Shown here: positions 45,251 through 53,530 of the stretch, piece by piece
Layout: the number at the start of each line of letters is the position of its first letter
Numbering within the stretch: the first letter of the stretch is position 1
IMG/VR virus record: IMGVR_UViG_2821013286_000001
Coordinates: 1-64,000 of that record
Source: a virus
Taxonomy: Duplodnaviria > Heunggongvirae > Uroviricota > Caudoviricetes
DNA length: 64,000 nt
Reading direction: 5' to 3' (one strand)
Position numbers and translations under genes: made by a program
Notes under the pieces: generated by a model
Told to the model about the DNA's origin: nothing
Database searches by the model: none
Seen by the model: the letters and a program-made list of their open reading frames with translations, nothing else

Positions 45251-45419
45251 GAGAGTAGGCGCTTAGGCGCCTTTCCACCGCGGTAACATTGGACCTGGAA
45301 CTGGACGTGGCCGACGTACACAGAGCCGAACCTGGTGAGCTGTGCGTGAAACCCGCTAGAACCCTTCAATTCTTCATATCTAGGATTCTACAGCTCTAGG
45401 AATGGGATTGGCTAGAAAT

Positions 45420-45620
45420 ATAGGTCGCGGCTTAGGAAACCGGCATCCGTACGGGATCGACGGGCTGGCGCTTCGGCTGCGGGGCTGGCTGTCGTCTCAC
45501 AGGCGCGCGGGATCGACGGATAGGAACCAGGCCAGTGGCTTTTCCGTACAGGCCGTCCACCGGATGATCCTATGGATTTGCCCAGACAGCGAGAAGGACC
45601 GCTCATCACGAGCAGCCCTC
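45420..45620. other. GC-rich anomalous island with internal direct repeats (GGGATCGACGG x2, GGGCTGGC x2)
   Basis: Local GC clearly above the rest of the window; repeats at 45453/45509 and 45462/45482; no convincing ORF. Confidence 0.4.
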
Positions 45621-45625
45621 ACCCT

Positions 45626-45814
45626 TTAAACCAGACCCAACCGGTTCAGCTCCCGCAGACTTTCGAATTTCACACCTGTCTGATTACGGTATGGTCGGCC
45701 AAACATTTGGTCGATCCGCTGAAAGCTGCGTTTGTCAGATTCAATCAGCTTGTCCGTGAGTGACTTTTTCTTTTTGGACTGCTTGTACCAGAGCTTCGGA
45801 GAGACATCGCTCAT
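45626..45814 (-). CDS. hypothetical small basic protein
   Basis: 62-aa minus-strand ORF with GGAGAG SD; abuts a GC-rich island. Confidence 0.3.
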   Translation of the reverse strand: MSDVSPKLWYKQSKKKKSLTDKLIESDKRSFQRIDQMFGRPYRNQTGVKFESLRELNRLGLV

Positions 45815-45815
45815 A

Positions 45816-46013
45816 TCAGCTCTCCGACGTGCATGCGAAAGTGGTCGAGACGCGAATGCCGTTCTGATCGACCGGTACAGCGCTTTGACGCGCTGCGGAC
45901 TGTGCAGAGACGCAATCCTCGTAGGTCAGACCATAATCAACCACATAGTCATGCGTTGATACGTCTTGCGGCGTTTGCGTCATGACGATTGCGAGCAGAA
46001 TGAAGGTTTTCAT
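45816..46013 (-). CDS. small secreted protein
   Basis: N-terminal signal-like MKTFILLAIVMTQTPQ; minus strand, immediately upstream of 45626..45814. Confidence 0.3.
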   Translation of the reverse strand: MKTFILLAIVMTQTPQDVSTHDYVVDYGLTYEDCVSAQSAARQSAVPVDQNGIRVSTTFACTSES

Positions 46014-46378
46014 ATGTGTTACCTATTTATCTGTTTTTGTATGATTATAGATACCTAGATTTCTATATTCCTTCAAAGCGAACGTTGCGGCATTGCTAGA
46101 TGTCGAGAAGGGGAGAATTGCAGAAAACTAGGAAGGTAGAAGCCTAGGAAGCAAGAATTCCATGTCCGCAGCCTTGCAGGAATCTAGAAGGACAGGATTG
46201 CAGGCGACCAGGAGCCGAGCCACCGGATAATCCAGTAGGGGAGGCGGCACGAAATAGGATCGGCGGAAAATGGCGTTCGGCTCACAGGGGAATGGAGAGC
46301 ATTGCCCATAAGGAAAGGGGAGCGGGACGCGGCGCTGGACCGCTGATTATCGGACTGCTGATAGTGCGCTTGCAACAT

Positions 46379-46428
46379 ATGTTTCACAACAATGTTTCAC
46401 GCAAAGGTCAAAAAGCGTCAAATTTGAC
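46379..46428. repeat. direct repeat ATGTTTCAC x2 and 12-bp palindrome GTCAAATTTGAC
   Basis: atgtttcacaacaatgtttcac ... gcgtcaaatttgacc, 3' of the low-GC minus-strand gene. Confidence 0.45.
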
Positions 46429-46508
46429 CGCTGACACGCGTTTTGATTTTTGCGCAAAATGATACGCGCGCTATTGCTAACGCGCGTCTGTGACTCGATT
46501 TGAGCGAA

Positions 46509-46534
46509 CCGCGCTAGATATTTCACTAGCGCGG
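46509..46534. repeat. inverted repeat CCGCGCTAG-atatttca-CTAGCGCGG
   Basis: 9-bp arms 11 nt past the stop of gene 46545..47177(-); no U-tract. Confidence 0.4.
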
Positions 46535-46544
46535 TAGGTTACGA

Positions 46545-47177
46545 TTAGAGCTTTGCAAGTACCGCTTTCAGCATAGCGTTTTCGGTATTGATCTTATGCG
46601 TTTTGAAACGACCGCTAAACGTTGCACGCTCTTCAGCGCTCAAAAGGTTCAAAATGTTGAGACCTTCAAGAACAACGCTATTGCTCGACGATTGCGTGTC
46701 GCACGTTGCAGCGTCGCAATTCGTCTTACCACGCTTGATTGCATACATACCGCTTTCGCTCTTGTCAGTAATGTAGTCATGCGAGAACGACTTGCGACTA
46801 TCAAGTGAGGTGAAAATTTCACGCTCATTCACGATGAAAAGCTTGATAGTCTTCATTGCAGGTTCAAGAAATGCGTCAAGCGTTGCTTTACCGCTTTCAT
46901 CGATAAGAAACTTCAACATGCTTTGCAGCTTCTTGAGCGCATACATATTTTGCGTGAAAACACCGACATTGCATTGAACGCTATCAAGCAATTCTTCAAC
47001 CTGCTTTACACCGAGCAAAAGAGAAATGTTGTGAAGCATTTTCAGGTTCGGTGCGCTGATAGTACCTTTCTTCACTTCTGCGTCGATACGCGTTGCGAGC
47101 GCAAGCACATACTTGTTTTGAGCTGGTGCATTGTTCGTTGCGTTCTGCTTCTTTGCTACATTCTTAGTCATTGTCAT
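46545..47177 (-). CDS. hypothetical protein in a lower-GC segment
   Basis: 210-aa minus-strand ORF; GC visibly lower (about 44%) than surrounding genes; palindromic element at its 5' side (47186-47212). Confidence 0.5.
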   Translation of the reverse strand: MTMTKNVAKKQNATNNAPAQNKYVLALATRIDAEVKKGTISAPNLKMLHNISLLLGVKQVEELLDSVQCNVGVFTQNMYALKKLQSMLKFLIDESGKATLDAFLEPAMKTIKLFIVNEREIFTSLDSRKSFSHDYITDKSESGMYAIKRGKTNCDAATCDTQSSSNSVVLEGLNILNLLSAEERATFSGRFKTHKINTENAMLKAVLAKL

Positions 47178-47185
47178 TACCTCAT

Positions 47186-47212
47186 GTTGTGTGAACGTTT
47201 ATACATATTTGT
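47186..47212. promoter_or_regulatory. palindromic intergenic element (upstream of minus-strand gene)
   Basis: gtgtgAACGTTTATACAtatttg, 9 nt from the start of gene 46545..47177(-). Confidence 0.45.
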
Positions 47213-47467
47213 TTTTGTGCATCGTTGCGAGACTTGCTTGCTCGCTTTCGATGATTTGAATTTATCAGCTTTCACGTTTTATGCAACGCGGGATGCACCG
47301 AAGTCTTAGAGATATCAACAGGTTAGCTAGGGGATGCCTTCATTGTGCGCCACGATTTTTGAACCGTTCCTCCGGTCCGCTGCACCTTCTAAAATCCCCA
47401 CAATCCCTTATTCGCTATCCTCCGGTTCCTATACCCAACCGCCAACAGACAGGCGTTCGTTCCTCCG

Positions 47468-47497
47468 GTTTGTAAATAAACGTTGATTTATATTTCT
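47468..47497. promoter_or_regulatory. palindromic intergenic element
   Basis: tttgTAAATAAACGTTGATTTATAtttc before gene 47552. Confidence 0.5.
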
Positions 47498-47551
47498 GCG
47501 GTGCATATGTTCGGATCATTGATTTGCTAATCCTTTTCCGAAAGACCCTTT

Positions 47552-47782
47552 ATGTCTCAATCCGTTTCAAGCACGTCTGACGAACGCACCGTCAACAACA
47601 CCATGCGCCATGCCTACCGTGTTCTCTCCGATGAGGAGAAGGCGAACATGGGCAAGGTTAAGGATATGGGCCTCGAATTCCATAGTCTTGTCGATGGCCT
47701 TGGCGCCAGCCGCGAACTCTCCATCGCAAAAACCAAAATCGAAGAAGCCGTCATGTGGGCAGTCAAGCATCTGACTGCCTAA
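47552..47782 (+). CDS. hypothetical protein
   Basis: First gene of a + operon after the palindromic element at 47468. Confidence 0.45.
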   Translation: MSQSVSSTSDERTVNNTMRHAYRVLSDEEKANMGKVKDMGLEFHSLVDGLGASRELSIAKTKIEEAVMWAVKHLTA

Positions 47783-47806
47783 TTTCGTTTCAAGGACACT
47801 TTTCCA

Positions 47807-48082
47807 ATGAGCAAGATGAAACTTACCCCAACTCTGCTTTCAGGCATTCACCCCATTTATGGCGACGTGACCTGCGCCAGCTTTGACGGCACCGAAGAAA
47901 GCGCCATGTGCTGCGCATCGCTCGATCCGAACATCATCGCGTATGAGAGCGCCGAGCTTGGCCGCTGGAGCATTGAGGTGCCGACCATTGCAGGCGAATT
48001 CGCCTCTCTTGAGCCAGGTGATTACGTTGGCCTGACAGACAACGATCGCGTTGTGCCAATTCTGGCTGCCGAGGTCGAGTAA
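47807..48082 (+). CDS. hypothetical protein
   Basis: 91 aa. Confidence 0.4.
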   Translation: MSKMKLTPTLLSGIHPIYGDVTCASFDGTEESAMCCASLDPNIIAYESAELGRWSIEVPTIAGEFASLEPGDYVGLTDNDRVVPILAAEVE

Positions 48083-48372
48083 TGGCCAATCTCTACCGTA
48101 CCAAGGGTGAGAGGGTTAAGGCGCAGATCGTAGATTTCAACGCGATCAGCGCCATAATCGCTTTTCTGCAGGAGCGGAAAGTCGCCTTCGAACTTAAAGT
48201 CGTCAGCGAGAATGGTGAGCGTCCTCGCGTTTATGTGTCGTTCGTTTCTCCGCTACCAGAAGGCAGCGTTACGCTGCACGCCAATCCTGCCGACATGATA
48301 GTTCTCAAGGACGATCGGCTATCTGTCTGGAAGCAGGACGTGTTCTACAGGGAATACGAGGTAATCCGATGA
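48082..48372 (+). CDS. hypothetical protein
   Basis: TAATG overlap; 96 aa. Confidence 0.4.
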   Translation: MANLYRTKGERVKAQIVDFNAISAIIAFLQERKVAFELKVVSENGERPRVYVSFVSPLPEGSVTLHANPADMIVLKDDRLSVWKQDVFYREYEVIR

Positions 48373-48872
48373 GTGTGATTGCCTATCGTGACGGCGTGAT
48401 GTGCGCCGATACTCGTGCCTGGAGCGGCTCTCATCGACCAATCGGCGCTAAGCGCAAGATTCATGCATTGGAAGATGGAACGCTCGTTGGCGTCGTTTCC
48501 ACGATCGTCGGCTTTGGTGAGCGCCTGGCTGAGTGGGGGAGGGGAGGCTTCAAGGAAGAAGAGTTTCCAGATCCTGAATGCGAGATCGATTTCGCAATGC
48601 TCGTCGTGAAGCCGGATGGATCTGTTCTCTACTACGACAATTGCCGCTTTCCAACCGGACCACTCGAAGCCCCTTACTTCGCGTTTGGCAGTGGCGGTTC
48701 ATACGCCTTGGGAGCCATGCATGCCGGAGCGTCTGCCGAAGATGCCATTCATGCGGCCATCAAATTCGATACAGTCTGCGATTACCCCCTTCAGAAGATC
48801 GAGCGCGCTGTCGATGGACCGGTTCACTCTTCCGTCTATCACCACGTAAGGGGGTCCTATTATGTGCGGTGA
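48369..48872 (+). CDS. HslV/proteasome-beta-like Ntn-hydrolase peptidase
   Basis: Aligns along its length to HslV by eye: N-terminal S1 nucleophile position (MSVIAYRDG ~ TTIVSVRRNG), conserved Lys (GAKRKIHAL ~ GNVKKVRRL), VGFGERLAEW ~ AGFAGGTADAF, FGSGGSYALGAMHA ~ IGSGGPYAQAAARA. Confidence 0.5.
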   Translation: MSVIAYRDGVMCADTRAWSGSHRPIGAKRKIHALEDGTLVGVVSTIVGFGERLAEWGRGGFKEEEFPDPECEIDFAMLVVKPDGSVLYYDNCRFPTGPLEAPYFAFGSGGSYALGAMHAGASAEDAIHAAIKFDTVCDYPLQKIERAVDGPVHSSVYHHVRGSYYVR

Positions 48873-49056
48873 TATCGTGCACGTGTCGCTGAAGCGCCGG
48901 ATCGTCAAATACGCTGACGGCTCAACCGTTCGCATCGAGAGCCTTCTGGATATTTACGGCTTTGACGCTCGCACCAGTCGCGAAGTAGTGTCCTTCGTGA
49001 CTGAAGAGGGTGAAAGCTTCCACCTTTCTGAAGTGGAGGACTGCCTTGTTGGATGA
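48862..49056 (+). CDS. hypothetical small protein
   Basis: Overlaps end of HslV-like gene; 64 aa. Confidence 0.35.
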   Translation: MCGDIVHVSLKRRIVKYADGSTVRIESLLDIYGFDARTSREVVSFVTEEGESFHLSEVEDCLVG

Positions 49057-49069
49057 AGCGACGAAATTC

Positions 49070-49201
49070 ATGATCCGAATGATCATCCTGTTTCTCTTCG
49101 CAGCCTTCACGCTCTGGGTAATTCAGTATCAGCCGCCAACACGCGAAAAAGATCCCGTCGTCACCCAAAAAGAGCTTGAATATAAAGGTGAATCTGTATA
49201 A
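49070..49201 (+). CDS. small membrane protein
   Basis: MIRMIILFLFAAFTLWVIQY... single TM helix. Confidence 0.3.
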   Translation: MIRMIILFLFAAFTLWVIQYQPPTREKDPVVTQKELEYKGESV

Positions 49202-49219
49202 ACATTTATTTACATTTTC
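49192..49219. promoter_or_regulatory. palindromic intergenic element
   Basis: ctgTATAAACATTTATTTACAtttt at the end of the + operon. Confidence 0.45.
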
Positions 49220-49243
49220 AGCACGAAAGAATTTTCAGTCAAA

Positions 49244-49277
49244 AGGGCGGTTGTCATGTATGTGACCCGCCCTTTTT
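49244..49277. terminator. bidirectional terminator between convergent + operon and ParG-like gene
   Basis: AAAAGGGCGG...CCGCCCTTTTT (A-tract / hairpin / T-tract). Confidence 0.55.
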
Positions 49278-49282
49278 CGTTG

Positions 49283-49546
49283 TCAGCCCTTGGAATTTTC
49301 CTTGTACCAAAGGTCCACTGCCTCATAGATCACCTGGGTCAATGTCTTATCGACCGCGACAGCTGCGCCCTTCAGCTTACGATGCCACTCACGATCCACG
49401 ATCACATTGAGCTGTGAGGTGGTTTTGGCGCGCATGTTATCCGCTGGCTTGATGTTGGTATCAAGCGACGTGGCAAAATACGAGCGCTGTGCGGTGCGCG
49501 GTGCCTTCTTTGGCGTGTAGTCTTCTTCATCGTCTGCCATCTTCAC
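49283..49546 (-). CDS. ParG-like ribbon-helix-helix partition protein
   Basis: 87 aa, basic N-terminus, C-terminal RHH-like segment LNVIVDREWHRKLKGAAVAVDKTLTQVIYEAV; 4-nt overlap with the upstream ParA gene. Confidence 0.45.
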   Translation of the reverse strand: MKMADDEEDYTPKKAPRTAQRSYFATSLDTNIKPADNMRAKTTSQLNVIVDREWHRKLKGAAVAVDKTLTQVIYEAVDLWYKENSKG

Positions 49547-50184
49547 ACTCCTGTCCGCTCATCAACCAGTTTATAAATTTCTGTCAGAAGACGCTTGGCG
49601 TCACGCTTGAGCGTGGCAACCTTGACTTCCTGCACCGCTAGTCCTGTCGAGTTCGCAAACGCGTAGGTCGGTCGGAACTTGATCTCGGTCTTGGCGATCT
49701 TGAAACCGCCGCCGCTAATCAATTCGCGCGTCTCCTTGACGGCAATCGCGCTATCGACGGATTTGCTGATGACGAACAGGATATCATCTTTTTTGGCACC
49801 TTTATCGACCAGCTCCAGCGCGAACGCGAGCTGCGGCTCCACATCGTCTGCGATCGGCGCGGTCGGAATAAGGATCAGACGAGAGGCGAGGGCGATATCG
49901 AGCGAGGTATCGTGACTGTCTGGCTTGCCATCGGCCACAACCAGATCGACGCGCTCTTTGCTAAGCATGGACGGCTTGGCATAAGGCTTTGCATCAATCG
50001 CAGGCTCGTATTGGGCCGCCTTGCGTTTCTCATTCCATTTGAAGGAGGTTAGCTGTGTGGTGTTGAAGTCGGCAATCTTCACAGACCAATCATTGCTCGC
50101 ATAGCCAACCGCAATCATGCGCGACAATGTGGATTTTCCGACGCCGCCCTTCTGGCTGAGACAGGAAATAATGACCGGTTCCAT
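49543..50184 (-). CDS. parA: ParA/ParF-type partition ATPase (small type Ib)
   Basis: Deviant Walker A SQKGGVGKST; 213 aa; followed by a small RHH gene. Confidence 0.75.
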   Translation of the reverse strand: MEPVIISCLSQKGGVGKSTLSRMIAVGYASNDWSVKIADFNTTQLTSFKWNEKRKAAQYEPAIDAKPYAKPSMLSKERVDLVVADGKPDSHDTSLDIALASRLILIPTAPIADDVEPQLAFALELVDKGAKKDDILFVISKSVDSAIAVKETRELISGGGFKIAKTEIKFRPTYAFANSTGLAVQEVKVATLKRDAKRLLTEIYKLVDERTGV

Positions 50185-50223
50185 AGGAATCCTCGTGGCA
50201 AATCAATGTTTGATTTACCTTAT

Positions 50224-50259
50224 AATCTAGGTTCCTAACAACCTATTAAACCTAGAATT
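50224..50259. promoter_or_regulatory. imperfect inverted repeat AATCTAGGTT-N15-AACCTAGAATT in the parA upstream region
   Basis: Candidate operator or centromere-like site for the ParG-like protein; flanked by direct repeats TGATTTACCT at 50211 and 50341. Confidence 0.4.
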
Positions 50260-50274
50260 ATATAAATCTATGAA

Positions 50275-50300
50275 AATATAAATAAATGTTTACACAACCT
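50275..50300. promoter_or_regulatory. palindromic intergenic element (ParA upstream region)
   Basis: aatataaaTAAATGTTTACAcaacc, about 90 nt upstream of parA on the minus strand. Confidence 0.5.
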
Positions 50301-50322
50301 TAACTTTTAGGTATAGACAAAC

Positions 50323-50343
50323 TCATGACGTTCCACGTCATGA
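50323..50343. promoter_or_regulatory. inverted repeat TCATGACG-ttcca-CGTCATGA in the parA upstream region
   Basis: Arms of 8 bp, 5-nt spacer. Confidence 0.4.
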
Positions 50344-50379
50344 TTTACCTTGTGTCATTTTCTTGTTTTGTTCAGGAAA

Positions 50380-50414
50380 CCCCTGCTCTTTCATAGAGCA
50401 GGGGTCTTTTTTTT
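50380..50414. terminator. GC hairpin + T8 tract at the 3' end of the helicase gene region
   Basis: ACCCCTGCTCT-ttcat-AGAGCAGGGGT TTTTTTTT; the T-tract is on the + strand although the neighbouring gene is on the minus strand. Confidence 0.45.
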
Positions 50415-51990
50415 AGGCTGCTTTCTTGAACTCCTGAAAGATTTCCCAAGGCAGCTGTTCGACAATACCTTCTGCAAAGCCAGGCGTGCTGCGCACGATA
50501 TTCTCACGCTGGCGCGCATGATCGCGGAGCACGTCCGGAGCGTTGGACGAGTAGTCGATGAAAAATGCAAAGTTCGGCATGCCTTTCTTGGCGCGCAATC
50601 CACGACCGATCTGTTGCCGAAGTTGTACTTCCGCCTTCATACCGCCCAGGCGCTGCACAAGACCAATAGCTGGAACATCTACACCTACGTCCAGAATAGT
50701 CGTGCCGATAACGCCATCCAGTTCACCATCTTTCAACTTACGCAGCGTCTCGCGACGTTCACCCATCTTGTCTTCGCCCTGCAAAAACGCAAACTTCAGA
50801 CCGGCAGCCTTGTATTTCTCCAGAATGACCTGTCCGTGGCGCTTGCGAGCAATCAGTGCCAATACCGGCAGGGAGTAGCTTCTGGCTAACAGGGCATCTT
50901 CCAGTGCCTGTTCATGCATATTGGTGTTGTCGATATAGCCAAGCGTGTAGGCGCGCTCATATGGCGTCGATTTATAGAGCTTCACTGCTGCTGGAACGTC
51001 TCGGAACAGGAAGTATGGCTTTGCCAGAATGCCGCGATTAATTAACTCCTCTTCGGAAATGTCGATGAGAATGCGTCCGAACGCCGCCATGAGGCGCATA
51101 TTGTCTTCGGCAGACGAGCGCATGAACGGTGTGGCGGTCAGTGCGACGCGGATCTGAGCATTTTTGCAATACTGCAGGATCTTGAAGTAGCTTTCGCCGC
51201 CTGCTTCGTGCGCTTCCTCACCAATTACGACCTCGACCAGAGACAGAAACTTCTCAATGGCCATCTTCCGGCGCTTTTTGCGGTCATAATTATCCTGCGC
51301 GAGCTTATCGATCTCTTCATTGGGCATATTCGGATTCTTGCCCTTGCTGAGATTGATTGATTGAATGATGGCTCGACGTTCTGCGCGAAAATCCGGCTCT
51401 TCCAGTGATTGAACAAGAGTTTGAACCATGCCGAGGTTCACACCCTTGACGAAACTCATTTCTCCGTCGCCGATCTGACCGGTGCTCATGCCTATATCTT
51501 CGAGCTGGCTCTTCATCTGGTAGAGTAGGATGCCGCGCGTCGTGATAAAAAGCGTGATCCGCTTGAAGCGAGCGGCAATCAGTTTGGCGATCTTTGACTT
51601 ACCGCCGCCAGTCGCCACACGAATGATGCCGTTCTGATGCTTCTCGACCTGACGAAGCGCCTTCAACTGGTAATCGTATTTTGGATCATCATTGCCGAAC
51701 TCGTCTACAATCGGAGATTCCGGACCAAGCGGTAGCATTGGCGGTTTCTTGATGTGATGCACATTGAAGCCAGCACGCGTCAGTTCCTCACGCACGACCT
51801 CTGCGAAGCCTGCCGGAAAGGTATGATTGGAGACATTGTAGAAGCTCGACTTGCCATCCCAGGAAAGAGATCCGAAGCCAGTATTCGAGTGCTCATAGGA
51901 CAGAAGGTTATTTACGAGGTTCACAACCTGCTTGGTTGGGTCGATCAGCTTCGCGATGACGGCGTTCGACGCCAGTTTGACAGTAATCAT
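50413..51990 (-). CDS. SF2 DEAH-box helicase
   Basis: Motif I GGGKSKIA, motif II VIGEEAHEAGG (DEAH-type), motif III TATPFM, motif VI QQIGRGLR. Confidence 0.7.
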   Translation of the reverse strand: MITVKLASNAVIAKLIDPTKQVVNLVNNLLSYEHSNTGFGSLSWDGKSSFYNVSNHTFPAGFAEVVREELTRAGFNVHHIKKPPMLPLGPESPIVDEFGNDDPKYDYQLKALRQVEKHQNGIIRVATGGGKSKIAKLIAARFKRITLFITTRGILLYQMKSQLEDIGMSTGQIGDGEMSFVKGVNLGMVQTLVQSLEEPDFRAERRAIIQSINLSKGKNPNMPNEEIDKLAQDNYDRKKRRKMAIEKFLSLVEVVIGEEAHEAGGESYFKILQYCKNAQIRVALTATPFMRSSAEDNMRLMAAFGRILIDISEEELINRGILAKPYFLFRDVPAAVKLYKSTPYERAYTLGYIDNTNMHEQALEDALLARSYSLPVLALIARKRHGQVILEKYKAAGLKFAFLQGEDKMGERRETLRKLKDGELDGVIGTTILDVGVDVPAIGLVQRLGGMKAEVQLRQQIGRGLRAKKGMPNFAFFIDYSSNAPDVLRDHARQRENIVRSTPGFAEGIVEQLPWEIFQEFKKAA

Positions 51991-52026
51991 GGTTTCCTAC
52001 GGCTTGCAAAAGCGGTTGTTTGGCCT

Positions 52027-52054
52027 ATTATGTGGATAAATATTTATACAAATC
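52027..52054. promoter_or_regulatory. palindromic intergenic element (divergent helicase / ParB-like region)
   Basis: atgtggaTAAATATTTATACAaatc. Confidence 0.5.
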
Positions 52055-52072
52055 TATTTTGAGTACGTCCAC

Positions 52073-52831
52073 ATGATAAACCCCGAATATCTAACGGTTT
52101 CGGCATCGACACTTCGCAAGAACCCCTGGAACACGAACATCGTGTCTGCGGACAATGAAGCGAAGATACGAGAGTCGATCACGCGAAACGGTCTTTTCAA
52201 ACCGATCATAGTCAGAGAGGTAGCGGGTATTGCCGGCTACGAGATCATCGGCGGTGAGCACCGTTGGGAACAGGCGATTGAGCTTGGACATACAGACGTT
52301 CCGATCGTCAATCTCGGCCAGATCGATGACCGTCATGCCAAAGAGATCGGCATCATCGACAATGCGCGGTACGGCGCTGACGATACGGTTGGCCTCGGCG
52401 ATATTCTGAAGGAACTTGGCAATCTCGATGAGATCCAGTCATTCCTTCCCTACGGCGACACTGATCTGAAGCTGCTTTTTACGGCAGGCGAGATCGATCT
52501 CGATGCACTCGGCGATGAGGCTACCGATGCTGAGACAGCCGAAGCTGAAGGCGTTGAGGAAGAAGTTGCCGCGAAGCCGGTCAAAACCCACACGGTTGTG
52601 CGCTTCAAAATCTCCCTTTCAGATGCAGAACGCGTAACCGCACTTGTTGCCAAGACACAGAAAACGCACGGCTACACGACGGAAGATGAGCTGACCAATG
52701 CCGGTGACGCTCTAATCCACATTCTCTCGCAGTTTTTCCCGCAAGCCGCATCCAAGAGCGAAAGCGACGACGATTTCGGCTCGGAAATGAACATTCTCGA
52801 TGAACTTGATTACGCCCTGGAGGCAAAATGA
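52073..52831 (+). CDS. ParB-like nuclease-domain protein 1
   Basis: ParB N-terminal domain pattern KPIIVREVAG...YEIIGGEHRWEQAIELG...VPIVNL; acidic C-terminus. Confidence 0.6.
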   Translation: MINPEYLTVSASTLRKNPWNTNIVSADNEAKIRESITRNGLFKPIIVREVAGIAGYEIIGGEHRWEQAIELGHTDVPIVNLGQIDDRHAKEIGIIDNARYGADDTVGLGDILKELGNLDEIQSFLPYGDTDLKLLFTAGEIDLDALGDEATDAETAEAEGVEEEVAAKPVKTHTVVRFKISLSDAERVTALVAKTQKTHGYTTEDELTNAGDALIHILSQFFPQAASKSESDDDFGSEMNILDELDYALEAK

Positions 52832-53496
52832 TTCATACCGTAGAACTTTGGGACGTTGAAAAGCTCGTTCCTTACGAACTCAACGCCAAAAAGCATCCTG
52901 ATTTCCAGATCGAGAAGCTTGCACGCTCGATCAAGAAGTTCGGCTTTTCCAGCCCGATTGTCGTCTGGGGCAATGGCGAGATCATCGCCGGCCACGGTCG
53001 CCGCCTGGCTTCAATCAAACTTGGACTGACGAAGGTTCCGGTTGTCGTGCGCGCGGATCTCTCGAAGGCCGAAGCTGACGCGATGCGGCTTGCTGACAAC
53101 CGCGTGGCCTCGACTGAATATGATCAGGAAATGGTGCAGGAAGAGCTGCGCCGTCTCAATGAGCTGATCATGACCGAAGACATCGATCTGGACCTGTCAC
53201 TGACTGGCTATGACGAAAAGGAACTCAATTTCACGCTGGCCGATATGGGCGAAATGAGCTTCGACCACTTCGTTGATGACGTTGGCGCTGCTCTCGAAGA
53301 GCAGAAACAGGAAACGGCCAAGGTTATTGCCGACACCGACGACACGGCAGCGCCTGTGGTGGATGCCCTCGGCTTCAAACGCCTTCCCATTGCACAGTCG
53401 CGCCAGCTGCGCGAGTTCATGCGGCAGATTGAAACCCAGACCGGCCTGAAAGGTGCTGACGCTCTCATGCAGTTCCTCACGGCTTCTTTGGCCTAA
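52828..53496 (+). CDS. ParB-like nuclease-domain protein 2
   Basis: SPIVVWGNGEIIAGHGRRLASIKLGL.KVPVVV; ATGA overlap with paralogue 1. Confidence 0.6.
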   Translation: MIHTVELWDVEKLVPYELNAKKHPDFQIEKLARSIKKFGFSSPIVVWGNGEIIAGHGRRLASIKLGLTKVPVVVRADLSKAEADAMRLADNRVASTEYDQEMVQEELRRLNELIMTEDIDLDLSLTGYDEKELNFTLADMGEMSFDHFVDDVGAALEEQKQETAKVIADTDDTAAPVVDALGFKRLPIAQSRQLREFMRQIETQTGLKGADALMQFLTASLA

Positions 53497-53530
53497 TTTT
53501 CTAGATTTATATAAAAATAGGATTGTTGCC

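Noticed and set aside
45402-45629. Plus-strand ORF 45402..45629 in the GC-rich island
   Set aside because: Arg/Gly-rich translation of a GC-rich repeat region with no RBS; more likely non-coding.
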